A stretch of 64,000 nt of DNA from Anolis carolinensis (Eukaryota), in contig NC_085844.1 in NCBI RefSeq assembly GCF_035594765.1, positions 103,493,923-103,557,922 on the forward strand, given 5' to 3'. Shown here piece by piece: positions 49,202 to 62,028 of the stretch; positions within the stretch are counted from its first letter, which is position 1; each line of letters begins with the position of its first letter. The translations under genes and the position numbers were made by a program. The notes beneath the pieces were generated by a model, which was given only the letters and a program-made list of their open reading frames with translations, was not told the origin of the DNA and searched no databases.

Positions 49202-49388
49202 CAGGCAGGTTTGTTCTTAAATCGCATTTGTTTGTAAGTTGGAACAGGTATTTTTTTTAGGTGTAACTCCAGCCATATATAAAATTTCTCTTCTGAGGGG
49301 TAGATTTCTCTCACTTCCTGTTGTCTCATCCCTGTTCTTAAATATGAATTGTTTGTAAGTCAGATGTTTTTAACTCAAAGACTGCCTG
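49202..49388. mobile_element. Tigger-like MITE (internally deleted)
   Basis: TA-CAGGCAG...CTGCCTG-TA. Confidence 0.7.
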
Positions 49389-49574
49389 TAACTCATCTGG
49401 ATCTTACTGATAGAGCCAACTGAACTGATCTCATTGAAATAAGGAGATCAACAATCCAATATGCTGATTCAGTGGGGTTACTCCAGGTAGGATTCAGGCC
49501 CATAATTAAAAGGTACATCCCCAGTTATTTTGTCCTCCAATGCAATGATGAATACTTACTGCAGTTGTGTTCTT

Positions 49575-49800
49575 GTGTGCCTATCTGCCTTCAAGTTGCC
49601 TGTTGATATATGTTTCGTCAATGTATGGCAACCTTGTGACTGTCTCAGACAAGGAATACTTAGATACAGTTTTAACAGTTTCTTCTTCTGAAATATAGCC
49701 TACATCCTCTGGTATTATTTGATGGTGTCCTACCCAAATACCAGAACTAAACCTGTTTAGCTTCCAAGATCAGATGAGATCTGGTGTCTTTGGAGTATTT
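49575..49800 (-). mobile_element. 5S rRNA-derived SINE, near full length, diverged
   Basis: Minus strand CCAGATCTCATCTGATCTTGGAAGCTAAACAGG...AATACCAGAGGATGTAGGCT aligns by eye to 5S rRNA, followed by a non-5S body. Confidence 0.78.
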
Positions 49801-50990
49801 ATTTTATCTCCAATGAAGAAGAAAATAAATATGTTATTTTCATCATGTTTTTGGGCATCTTGAAGCTTTTTGGAAGATTTTTCTTCATAGGAAAACACAT
49901 GTGTTTCTTATGCAACAAAAAACCACAATTCTGTGCAAAAAAAGGTTCATGTGCAAAAATTCAAAGTTCCCTATTTTGGATACATTTTATTTCTGAATAA
50001 TAAAATATTTTTGTACACCCCCCCTCCAAAAAATCCCCCTAAATAACAAAACTCCAACCCCAACGAAGTGTTTCTCTGGGCAGAAAATTGTTCCAGAGCC
50101 CTTTAGACTGTTCAAATACTCAAAAGAAAATTTTGCAAAGTTTTACTGGATTTTTATTCTTCTTACTATGACTTTCTTGCTTTCAGGAAACTAGTTTTTA
50201 AACTAGGAAATGAATAAAAGAGAATATTGTTTCTTTCCTGTGCTCTTAGCATTTACACTGCAACTGTTATCTCTTCTGCCATGAGAGTTTTTTAAGTGCT
50301 CTGAAGATGCTCCCAGAGCTCCCAGCTCAGCTCTTTCTCTGACTTTCTCTAGCTTTGCTACTGATTTTTCACAGATTAAATGACCACATCCATTGAGAGG
50401 AGAAGGTGAGGGGAAAGCATATCTACTATCTTAAGAGCTTAATATAGTGAGAATCTACCAGATTAAATGTGTTCATCTACTTTTGATCTCCCTAGAATAC
50501 TGCACTGGCAAATAATTTTGTCAGTAGCAGATATTTTCCCCATCTGTATCTAGCTTTTAGTCTGAAATGTAAATAGACAGCACAAGGTGGAGATAAGTTT
50601 CAATACTTTGGGTCATGGAGTAAACCTGGAGTAAATTTACTGGTCAATTGACATGCAAGCCACCCCCTGTCTTTTTTCATGAATGAATATTCTGATTAAA
50701 AGTGGAAATGCATTGAAAAATGACTTCTTGGCAGTGCTGCTAAATTCTTTTGACAACAAAGTGCCTGGGGGAGGAACTAAAGATGGTAGGCTGGTGAGCC
50801 ACTCCAGGTCTGTAGCTGACATGTTAACTATCCTTCTTGTATGGGATCTTTATTGTTAGTCCATCAATGGATTGGGTTTTGTCCTCAGGAAAAGCACTGA
50901 ACAAATTCATTCTGCCATCTTTGTGGCAGCTTGATATTTGAAAATCACTGTCATCAAGTCACCAGTTATTTGGCTCCGTTGCAGGTTAAG

Positions 50991-51003
50991 TAATAATAAT
51001 AAT

Positions 51004-51047
<44 letters not shown>

Positions 51048-53730
51048 CTTTATTTTTATATCTCACCTCCATCTCCCCTAGGGGACTAGGGGTGGTTCAC
51101 ATGGGGCAAAGCCCAAAAATACAGTTAAAATAAAAAATTACATAAAAATGCAATTCACAGCATAAAAACAGAATAAAATAGCAGTATTGTAACAACACAT
51201 AATTACATCAACCGGCAACCAGACACAGTTTCTGTTATCTTCATAGGTGGGTGGACTAACTGCAGCAGTACAGCATAGATTGATGGCTAAAGTGCATAAA
51301 AATGTGGCAGCAGATAGGGACCATAATAAAGTGCAGAATAGATTGTTAATCCTATTTTGGGCTGGATATCTGAACGCATGTCTATTCAAAGACACGACTG
51401 AACATCTATGTCTTTAATTCTTTTCAGAAGGTGGACAAGGAGGGTGCTGGCCTTATCTTCCTGGAGACAGAGTTCCAGAGTCAGGGGGCCAGTCATACTT
51501 AAGAGGGAGGTGGGAGTGAGAGGAGGGCCTCCCCAGAAGATCTTAGACATCATGTAGGTTCACGGTCACAAAGATAGGTAGGTCTCAAACTGTTTAGAGC
51601 TTTATAAGTAATAACCTGCACCTTGAATTGGGACCAGAAAGTTATTGGCAGGCAGTGGAGCTGCTTAAACAGGGGGGTTGACTGCTCCCTGTAAGTTGCT
51701 GCTGTTAGTAACCTAGCCACCAACCTTGCAGATTCCAGGCCATCTTCAAGGGTAGCCCCACATAGAGTGCATTACAGTAATCCAACCTTGAGGTAACTAG
51801 GGCATGGACCACCATGGTCAAGTCAGACTTCTTGAGGTACGGTCGCAGTTGGCGCACAAGTTTTAATTGTGCAAAGGCCCTCCCGGCCACTGCTGACTCC
51901 TGGGCATCAAGTGACAATGATGAATCCAGGAGGACTCCCAAACTGCAGTCTTCAGGGGGAGTGTGACCCCATCAAGCATAGGTTACCACCCTATACCCTG
52001 ATTGGCTGAGCGACTGACCTGGAGGACCTCTGTCTTGTCAGGATTGAGTTTCAGCTTGTTGGTCCTTATCCAGCCCATTACAGTGGCCAGGCACTGGTCC
52101 AGGACCCAAGAGGCTTCCTTGGAAGTAGGTGGAAAGGTGTAGTAGAGTTGACTGCGTAGAGATGGAACGAGCCCCAAAACTCCGGATGACTTCTCCCAGC
52201 GATTTCATGTAGATGTTAGAAAGCATGGGGGAAAGAATAGAACCTTACGGGACCCCATAGATCAAAGGCCAGGGGTCTGAGCAGGCATCCCCCAGCTTCA
52301 CCAACTGGGTGCATCCCTCCAGGAAGGAGTGGAGCCACTGTAGAGCAGTGCCCCCAAGTCCCATTCTGGAAAGCTGTCCCAGAAGGATAACATGGTCAAT
52401 GGTATTGAAAGCCGCTGAGATGTTCAAGAGAACCAACAAGGACATACTCCCCTTGTCCAATTCTCTGCAGAGGTCATCTACCAAGGTGACCAAAGCTGTC
52501 TTGGTGCCATGACCAGGCCTGAAACCAGACTGAAATGGGTCAAGATAATTGGTTTCATCCAAGAATCCCTGGAGTTGAGAATCAACGACCCGCTGCAGAA
52601 CCTAGCCCTGAAAGGGAAGGTTTGAGATTGGTTGATAATTGGTCAAAATAGAAGAATCAAGGGATGCCTTTTTCAAAACTGGTCTTATAATTGCCTGTTT
52701 CAGGCTTGAATAAAATTGCCCTTGTTCCAGTGAGGCATTTATGATCCTTGAAAACCAATCCGCCAACACCCCCCCCCCCCCCCCGGGCAAGCTTTATAAG
52801 CCAGGAAGGGCAAGGATCTAGAGCACATGTGGTTGGTCTCACTGCTCCAAGGAACTTATCCACGTCATCAGGCCACACAAGCTGAAACGAATCCCACCAA
52901 GTTGGACTGACAGATGCCTCAGGCACCTTCTCTGGTACTGTATTAATGTTGGCATCCAAGTCGGAAGGTAACTGAGCGACTTTATCTGCAAAATGAAGTG
53001 TGAACTTGCTGCATTGAGTGGCTGAGTTGTCGAAGGGCACCTCTCCCTCATGAGAATGAAGGAGCTCCCCGACAACCCAGAACAACTCAGCTGGTCCGTT
53101 TGTTGCAGACGCGATGCAGGCAGTCAAGAAAGCTTTTCTGGCTGTCCTCAAAGCCACGGAGTAGTCCATGTTCAGTCTGTGACGCTCCGAGTTTTCCACC
53201 ACAAGCACTACAGTCTCTGCTTTGACTGCTTCATCAAAGCTAGTTCCTCAGAAAACCAAGGGGTCGGATTGACTCTGCGTAGCGAGGGGACGTTCGGGGG
53301 GTGATCGTGTCTAATGCCCTGGTCATCTCGGTGTTATAGAGATCGACCAGAGCCTCAACAGGATTGCCTGCCACCATGACAGAAAGATCCCCAAGAGACA
53401 TCAGGAATCCATTCGGATCTATAAGACTCCTGGGGTGGACCATCTTAATCAGTCCCCCAACCCTGCGAAGGATTGAGGCAACGGTGAGTCTAACGCTTAC
53501 CAGATGGTGATCAGTCCATGACAATGGAAGGATATTTTGTTCTTCCACACCGACTTCTCCGCCGTTCATTACAAATACTAGGTCTAAAGTATGTCCAGCC
53601 TGATGAGTGGGACCAGATATCACTTGGGACAGTCCCATGGTCATCATGGCAGCCAATGCAGTCCTGGGCAGCACTACATGGTGGTCTCTGCATGGATATT
53701 GAAATCTCCCAGGACAACCAGTCGCTGAGA
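50991..53730 (-). mobile_element. L2 LINE, 2.7 kb, 5'-truncated, multiply frameshifted
   Basis: Endonuclease motifs VLGDFNIH, PTHQAGHTLDLVF and WTDHHLV. RT motifs LDPFQSGFRPGHGT and GVP*GSILSP. SRLDYCNALY. (GTT)n/(ATT)n tail. Confidence 0.95.
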
Positions 53731-56159
53731 GACCCAACCACTTCTGCCCTTTCTTATGGGAACCCATAAGAAAAGGGTGGACCCAACCACTTCTGCCTTT
53801 TCTTATGGTAACTGCACTCTGGGTTCCTAATAATTTTTGCTGCCCTCTGCCTTTAGAGGAAAATCATCTATATTTTTTTCACTCAGACTAAGATTTTTTA
53901 TCTTAAAATAACTGTTCACTATTGTTTCCATTCTACCATTTTTGAAAGGGGTACTCACTCTTGGAGAAATGTAAATTGGATTGCTACATATTAAGAAGCA
54001 AATACTCAGATACATTATTAAGCAAATATTATAGCTTTCTTTCACTATAAAACTGAAAGTGACATACATGAGATAAGGTCTTCAGTTAGTCACCCATCCA
54101 GGCACTGGTCAGCTTTAACAAATTTATTACATCACTCTGTGTTTTCGGACGATAACATTGTGCAATATAGCAGCCAACCAAAAGCTTAATAAACACATTC
54201 AAATTTTCTTGCCTATCTTGAACTGTGCAAGCCACTTTAGGATGAGAATTTCATCTGTGATTGTCTCCTATGATAACTTATCACTCTCTCTTCTTGCAAT
54301 TGGCTACATGATAATTTTTCTACATCTTTAAACTTTGTGATTTTTTTTTCTGTACCTTTGCCATGAGCCAGGTCTTGAAGAGCAGAAACTTAGCCCTACA
54401 GTCATTATACATTATGTTCCAAAGTAGATGACAACACTGGAAGCTGCGAATAACTTCAGTCAGCTCTTATTCCTGTGTCAGGTCTCTGAATGCTGATTCG
54501 ATTTATTCTGCCTTTATTGGATTGGATTTCTGCCTATTTTTCAAAGCTTCCTGCCAAGCAAACAGCTTCAAAGTAGCATTGTCACAAAAAAGAAATGTGT
54601 ATGTGTCAAACTAAAGGGCATGAGAGGTCACAAAGTTTTCTTCAGAATTTTGTAGAAAATCTAGAATTCTAATGAACCAAGGCTCTTTGTCCCACAGTAG
54701 GAGAAAAATCCAATTGGAATAGACATATTGAATCAATTGGTCAACAATAAATCTCATTGATTCCAGGGTTGTACTTTAGTTGGGACTAGCAGTTAAATAT
54801 ATTACTATAACAGGTACAGTTTTATATATCTTATGGCAAGATGTCAAAGGGCATCTGCTAGATCTTTCAATTATCCATGTCCAGACTACTATGATTTATT
54901 TGTTATGCATAAAAGCTTACAATAAATAAAAATATATTGTTTTAAAGATGTCACATGACTGTCCCCCCCTTATACCATACCATTATAAATTTATGATTTC
55001 TCTTTAGTTACAATAGTAACATCTTGGGAATCCTGGAGTTTGTAGTTTGGTGAGCCTCCAGAGCTCTCTGGTTGAGAATTCTAAATGCTGTTCCCTAAAC
55101 TGTAAATCCCAGGATTCCACAGGATTGAACAATAGCAGTTAAAGTGGGCCATAGTAGTATAGTTGTGTGGGGCTCAATGTTTTTCCTGCTACATACTAAT
55201 ATTGCCAACAGCTGTTAAAATAATTACTTATCTGGTCAAAATAAGAACTAATTATAGTGGGCCACACATGAACATGTTACAGGATGAGTGTATTATGCAT
55301 ATTCGCCAATTCTGTAGCAGAGGAAATTGTGTCATTTTAGATGGAGCCATATGTCCTCTATTGTTGTAATACAAGGCTGACAAATTAGATCATGGACAGA
55401 GCTACTGTAACTTTAACACTTAATAGATGTTTGAGCTGGTGAAGGTACTATAAAGCGCTATGAAACATTATCAAGATCTTCCCTTTCAATCCAAACCTCA
55501 AGTCTCTGCTGTAGCCATCTATTCCCACACAGCTATTGTCTTGCCAGAGGAGAATAGATCTGTGAAAAAGAGTTCTCAGGTCAGTTTGTACCACTGACAC
55601 CTCTATTCCTCTTCCATTCCTTTTCTTCTCTTGAGACAGTACCTGTTTTATGCAAGGATGGCTGGGGGTGAAATATGGTGTTTGGAACATAAAGGAGGAC
55701 AGGATGCCTTTCTTTAGCTTGATAAAACATTGTGAAACCTCATCCTGCCTGAAGATTAGTTAAGCCTTAAAGTTATGGAGGGCCTGGTCCTCATCCAAGC
55801 TATGAAACCAAGATGTAGGCAACCCCCCCAGTGGACAATTTGCATTGTCCCTTCAAGCTACCAAGACTGGCTGCCAGTACCACCAACAAATTTTGCTATT
55901 GTGCTCCCAAACTTACATGGCAAGGCCAGGTGGCAAGGAAAATAAATTGAAATTTGGCTTTAAAGCTAGATACAACAAGTGTGTATGTCTTGTTTTAATG
56001 CCAAAGTCCCATACAATTGATCCAGGATACTAACGTCCTCTGGGGGACTGGATACGGACGTCCTCTATTCCAGCCAGCCAGAACCCAACTGGAAATCATA
56101 ATTTTCATTGTTTTCCCCAAGATTGTGGAGTGACCTGCCAGAAAAGATCCAACAGCTAA

Positions 56160-56350
56160 TTTTTTTTTCGTGTCAGGAGCAACCAGAGTTGCTTCTGGAG
56201 TGAGAGAATTGGCCGTCTGCAAAGATGTTGCCCAGGGGACGCCTGGATGTTTTGATGTTTTACCATCCTTGTGGGAGGCTTCTCTTATGTCCCCACATGG
56301 AGCTGGAGCTGATAGAGGGAGCTCATCCAAGCTCTACCCGGGTGGGATTC
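56160..56350 (-). mobile_element. Poly-A tRNA SINE, 5'-truncated
   Basis: Reverse-complement homology to 19362-19624. Confidence 0.9.
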
Positions 56351-56869
56351 AGGAGCCAGGATAACAGATGTCATCTTATTGTAGTGTCTCCCTACATCAG
56401 TTAGACATAGCCAAATTAAAAAAAACCTCTCTTTATATTTATTGTTTCACTTTTACTGAAAATCTTTGACTTTTACGATAAAGATTCCTAAAATACAGAT
56501 GCGGTACAAAAGCCATCACTACTGAATTCATCCAGTGAAATGTATGATTTGCCCAATTGATAGCAAGAAATCTTATATAACTGTAATAAATAATTATGAA
56601 GAAAGCCCTTTCTTCATACCTTCTGCTTTTTAAGTACTGTGATAAAGGTATTTTTCCTTTCTTCCAAGAATTATTTGGGTGGATGCCTTGATGCTGTTCC
56701 TGGGAATTTCCGTACTAAGGGCATATGTACCTCTGGGAATAATCTTCATGCTTCACTAGCCTTGTACACTACCCATAAAATCTAAAATTAGAATACCATT
56801 TCTCCTGGCATATGGGAGCATGATGCTTTGTTCCTTGCTAGCCTTGCATCATCAGGTCACATTATTATT

Positions 56870-57930
56870 TGATACACAACAAGATGAGTACATAGCAAAC
56901 AAGATCACTATGCTGGCTTTTGTATTGCATCACACACCAGGCACTTCCCAAGTGTCTAGGGCTATGTGATGTATTGGTGAATAATGCATGTAGATCCCAG
57001 TAGGGTGGCCTTTTACAGCTGACAAAGGGTAATTTTGTCAGAGCTGATTGTTTTCAAGTGCTGGCCAAGTTCTTTAGGCACTGCACCCAGTGTGCCGATC
57101 ACCACTGGGACCACCTTTACTAGTTTGTGCCAGAGTCTTTGCAGTTGGATCTTTAAATCCTCATATTGTATCATCTTTTCCAGTTGTTTCTCCTCGATTC
57201 TGCTGTCACCTGCGATTGCAACATCAATGATTCATACTTTGTTTTTTAACACGATTTTGAGGTCAGGAGTATTGTGCTCCAAAACTCTGTCAGTCTGAAT
57301 TCGGAAGTCCCAGAGTAATTTTACGTGTTCATTCTCTGTAACTTTTTCAGGCTTGTAATCTCAACAGTTCTTTGTCACAGGCAGATGGTATTTGTGGCAC
57401 AAGTTCCAATGGATCATTTGAGCAACGGTATTATGCCCCTGCTTGTAGTCTGTCTGCGTGATCTTCTTGAAGCAGCTTAGGATATGATCCATCATTACAT
57501 CTACTTTCTTGCAGAGTCTACACCTCAGATCTATAGTCGACTTTTCAATTCTGGCTTTGATTGCATTTGTTCTAATTGCTTGTTCTTGGGTTGCAAGAAT
57601 CAGGCCCTCAGTCTCCTTTTTAAAAGTTCCATTTTTGAGCCTCATCCTTGTTTTTTTCCTTGTCAATTTTGTTCTCAGTTTTTTCCAGGAACTGTCCCCT
57701 GAGAGTCTTCTTTTGCCAGTTTTCTCTTCTGCTCAGCATTGTATTCTTACAGTATTATTCACTATTTATCTTTTGCACTTTAAGCAGTTTTCTGCTATTG
57801 ACTTCCATCAATCTTGGTTTTGACTGTCTTTCACATAATCTGCCAGTGCATGTTTCTCTTCTTCTACCATTTGTTTTACTTGCAGAAGACCTCTGCCTCC
57901 TGATTTTCTGGGCAGGTAAAGTCTATCCAC
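56870..57930 (-). mobile_element. R4/Dong-like non-LTR retrotransposon 3' fragment (restriction-like endonuclease)
   Basis: KKETEGLILATQEQAIRTN, CRLCKK...HILSC zinc finger, QGHNTVAQMIHWNLC, then LLWDFRIQTD..HNTPDL (PD..D endonuclease). The 3' end abuts (TAA)3. Confidence 0.85.
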
Positions 57931-59066
57931 GTTGTTGTTGTTGTTGTTTATCCTGCTTTGTCTCTCTAAAAAGAGACTCAAAGTGGCTAGCAACACAATA
58001 TACAGTATACAATTTAAAACCTAAAAAATCACTACAAGAGCATTAAACATTAGAACTATAAAAATACACAGTTGAAACCCTCATTTTCCTGAACTTTTTC
58101 AGGTTTCCACATATTCATGAGTCATATGCTTCTGTCACTCTTTGGACTATGGAATTTACATGTACTGGGAATCTCATTCACTTGTAGTACCTATTTTTGT
58201 ACAACTGAAATCATTAGTGATGATTTGGGTGAAATCATTTCTAGCTTTTCCATGAAGCCGAGAGAAGCTGTCAAGTTTAGATACTGGAATTCTTTAGGTG
58301 GATATTTTCCTCGCTCCCCTATCTGCCTGCATTTTCTAAAAAGAAAATGATCCAATAGGTTACTCCTTATAAGGCAATCATTCAACAGACGACCTCATCA
58401 GACGGGGTGCAATCAGCGTCCTAGGATGCTTTATTACCTTCTAAGAGATGGAAACCAATGTCGCCCCCAACTAGAATGAAACATCGCCGCATGCTTTCAC
58501 CCCAACACAGGAGGCTTCTTATGTTGTGCTGGCTTTAATGGAGCCAGCATAGGGCCTCCCCAAGAGGGTGATAGTTTCCCCCATGTGATGGAGAAAGCAT
58601 TACGAGGGGGATCTGCATGCAGGGTGACAGATTCTCCTCACTGCTCCCTCTTTCCTTGCACCTTGCTTCGCCTGGACTTTTCTGATAAGGTTGTAAGAGG
58701 CATCTGAAAAAAATGACCTGATGCTATCTAAATATTTTGGATCATAGCTCCCAGTATGCTTAGTCTAATGGGAACAGATGTCTAAAAAACCTGGAGATCA
58801 TCAGATTGGGAGACTAATGTGGATAGCACAGATTTAGATGGACTAGTGGTCTGACTTGTATCAAGTCAGCTTCCTGTTTCACATGATATTTCTTTAGGGA
58901 AAATCTTTTCTCTTGCCACTCTATGCTACCTTAAAGCATAAACATCAGAAAAGCCAAACCTTTTATTTTGGTACATTAACTAGCTGTAGCTGGTACACTG
59001 GAGAGCCCCTGTTCCCTGAATGGCAGCAAAACTACATGATTCAGTAAAGTAATATGCATTAATATA

Positions 59067-59377
59067 GGTAAAGGTTTCCCTTGACATTAAGTCCAGTCAT
59101 GTCTGACTCTGGTGCTCATCTCCATTTCTAAGCCGAAGAGCCGGCGTTGTCTGTAGACACCTCCAAGGTCATGCGGCCGGCATGACTGCATGGAGTGCCG
59201 TTACCTTCTTGCCGGAGTGGTACCTATTGATCTACTCACATTGGCATGTTTTCAAACTGCTAGGTTGGCAGGAGCTGGAGTTAACAGCGGCTGCTCACTC
59301 AGCTCCCAGGGTTTGAACCTGGGACCTTTCGGTCTCCAGCTCAGTGCTTTAATGCACTTTGCCACTGGGGCTCCTAG
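59067..59377 (-). mobile_element. Sauria SINE, full length
   Basis: 13-bp TSD ATGCATTAATATA; homology to 15006-15300. Confidence 0.93.
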
Positions 59378-59483
59378 ATGCATTAATATACAAGGACTAA
59401 AAATCCTTGATTTTCTTTTTCAAAAAAACTACTGCAGTTTGAAAATTGTGAAGTGCACTGCACTTGACATTTTTTATTTATTG

Positions 59484-59520
<37 letters not shown>
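59484..59520. repeat. (CAT)n microsatellite
   Basis: Direct observation. Confidence 0.97.
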
Positions 59521-59521
<1 letters not shown>

Positions 59522-61131
59522 AGCTGTTAGGCCAAAGCACTGCTTTTTGTTAAGATGTCAAAAAGAATGTTTGGCTGTACTCACATTGCAGAATTATAGC
59601 AGTTTCACCCCTGCATTAACTACCGCCACTAAGGTTATATAGAATTCTGGGATTTGTAGTTTTGAGAAATATTTATCCTTTTTGTTAGAGCACTCTGGTG
59701 CCAGACCAAAGTACAAATACCAGGATTCTATAGGATAGAGCTGTAAGCAGTTAAAGTGGTTTCAAACTGCTATAATTCTGCAGTGTGGCTGGAAGGCTGG
59801 TGAACCTGATAGTACTACTCTTACTGTTCTGGTAAAAGGAGACAGATTATATGACAGGAAAGAACTGGAAGATAGGGTGGGAAAATCTCCATTATTTGGA
59901 ATACCCACAACTTGCTATATTCTTAATGGTTTGCTGGTGCTTATTAATGTAATGCATTCCCTTCAGTAATAATTAGGGATGCCATGAACATCTGATTTTC
60001 TGCTCCAGCTGCAAGCTTGTATATTTGTGTTCCAGATTATCTCCCACACAAGCAACAGACAGATTCGGGGGGGGGGGGGGAACAAGGAGCAGAAGCTGTT
60101 GTACAGTTAAGCAAACAGTATAATATTTGTGTTTTTTTCATACATTTTTATTAAATCCAGTCTAGGAACAATGTAATGCACCTCTTGATTACAATGCAGG
60201 CCCTGTTATACCTTCATCTCTGCAAATAAATTGAGATCTACCATGCTTAACTTACATTGTGCAGAGTTCACATCTTAACTTTTAAAATATTCTATGAAAG
60301 CACCAAATATATATGACTTTGATCATACATGAATCGTGCCAGCATATATCACAACATCTATGCTGAATTTCTTGGCTTACACATAGATGATATAGATGGA
60401 GCCTTAATGGAAGTGCATCTAACCATCTGCTCCTACATTTTCTATTTCTGAAGTGATTCATAGATTATGGTTTAATATATGTTTTCCTAAGAAGCAGTAT
60501 AAATAGGACTGAGAAAATTGTGAGTGGCCATGCCTGTGTTTGTGTGTGCATGCATGTGTCTGTCTTTTGATGACATTTTCAGTATCTCTGTAAGTCTGTT
60601 GGTGAGTATAAAATGTATAAACCTTTCCCTGTTTGGTATATGTTTGGCAATCCTAAAACATTAAATCAGGAATCTTATATGGCTTATTGTGTAGCAAAAT
60701 TGGTTCACAGGCAGAACTACCTCATAAAGTGATAACTGGACATTCAAACACGCATGACTTATTGTTGAACCACTTTAGTTTCTACCATCCTTGATTGGAC
60801 TGTATCAGCTCTATCTTCAATCCAGGTAACTTGGTAGGAGGTCATTGTGATGGGAGGAAAGGAATTTCCACCTCTGAAACATTAACAACAAGAAAGATTT
60901 CTGTGCTTAGAGTTGTGATGGTGTCACATTCACTATGTGATTTCCTACTGCTGGAATGGGACAGGAGGAAGTTAGGATAAAACTGGTTCTTAGCCAGCAC
61001 CAAATGAAATAACTACCCTCCAAAAATATTGGTGTATGTATTAATACATACCTTTTGCATTCAAATGGAACAAATGTGCATTTGTTATAGATTTTAGTAC
61101 AATATAGCTCTTGATTATTGTAGCACAATTA

Positions 61132-61371
61132 TTGCTTCTGGAGTGAGAGAATTGGCCATCTGCAAGGACGTTGCCCAGGGGACGCCCGGATGTTTTTGAT
61201 GTTTTTACCATCCTTGTGGGAGGCTTCTCTCATGTCCCTGCATGGAGCTGGAGCTGATAGAGGGAGCTCATCCGCGCTCTTCCCGGGTGGGATTCGAACC
61301 TGGCAGCCTTCAGGTCAGCAACCCAACCTTCAAGTCACAAGGCTTTTATCCCCATGGCTATCGGAGGTTCC
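61132..61371 (-). mobile_element. tRNA-derived SINE lacking its 3' tail
   Basis: Reverse-complement homology to 19362-19600. Confidence 0.9.
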
Positions 61372-61814
61372 ACTATTTTATTTGGTATTTCTGATACTGT
61401 TCTTTGAATGGAAATTTGAGATTTAAAGTTTTGTCCTTCTTATCTTTCTTTGTCCTTTTTAATGCTTATTTTTAATGGAGGTGCACCTTCAAAAGAAGCA
61501 TGGTGCGTACACATTGCACCATCCTCACTCTAAAGGACTTCAAGTCAGGACAGCTTCTGTTTGTTTTCTTCAACAGTAAATAAATCTTGGTGACTGAAAT
61601 GTGCTTGAGGGTTAAATTGCTACTTTGAAGTTTAGACAAAACTTGGAATGGATTCAATTATTCACTGATACCAAAGCCACAATGTGCCACCGGGAGTAGC
61701 CAGAATTTTAGTCCATCATTTTGTCTCCACACTTGACAGTAAGACTTTGCCTGCAAACAAGACACGATGACAGTTGTATCCTCCAGTACATGTACTGCAT
61801 GACCTCATATACTG

Positions 61815-61932
61815 AGACATATTGCCTCTGATATAGCAGGCAATGCAGCCATTATGACTTGTAATCTCTGGCCATTGGTAGCCTTATCCTATGTGAATTG
61901 GTTTAACCCTCTTTTTAAAGCAATGGCCTTGG
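61815..61932 (-). mobile_element. Old CR1-type 3'UTR fragment
   Basis: GCCATTGGTAGCCTTATCCTATGTGAATT...CTTTTTAAAGC resembles recalled reptile CR1 3' regions. Confidence 0.45.
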
Positions 61933-61949
61933 TTTAGTCAATTAAGAAA

Positions 61950-62028
61950 GTCACACAGCCAAGTACTAAACAGAGGTGACCCTAATAGTTTCCAATATTA
62001 GACAGGATCTGATGCCTACAAAGTATTT
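61950..62028 (-). mobile_element. 5S-derived SINE head fragment
   Basis: CCAAGTACTAAACAG...TTCCAATATTAGACAGGATCTG is a diverged reverse complement of the 5S rRNA internal region. Confidence 0.55.

Noticed and set aside
49697-49800. 5S rRNA gene
   Set aside because: Heavily diverged and fused to a SINE body; not a functional rRNA gene.
55459-55585. Short ATG-initiated frame ending at CAG|GTCAGT
   Set aside because: No promoter context or homology; not supportable.
59190-59642. 150-aa ORF with a poly-His run
   Set aside because: Antisense Sauria SINE plus a (CAT)n microsatellite plus MITE sequence.
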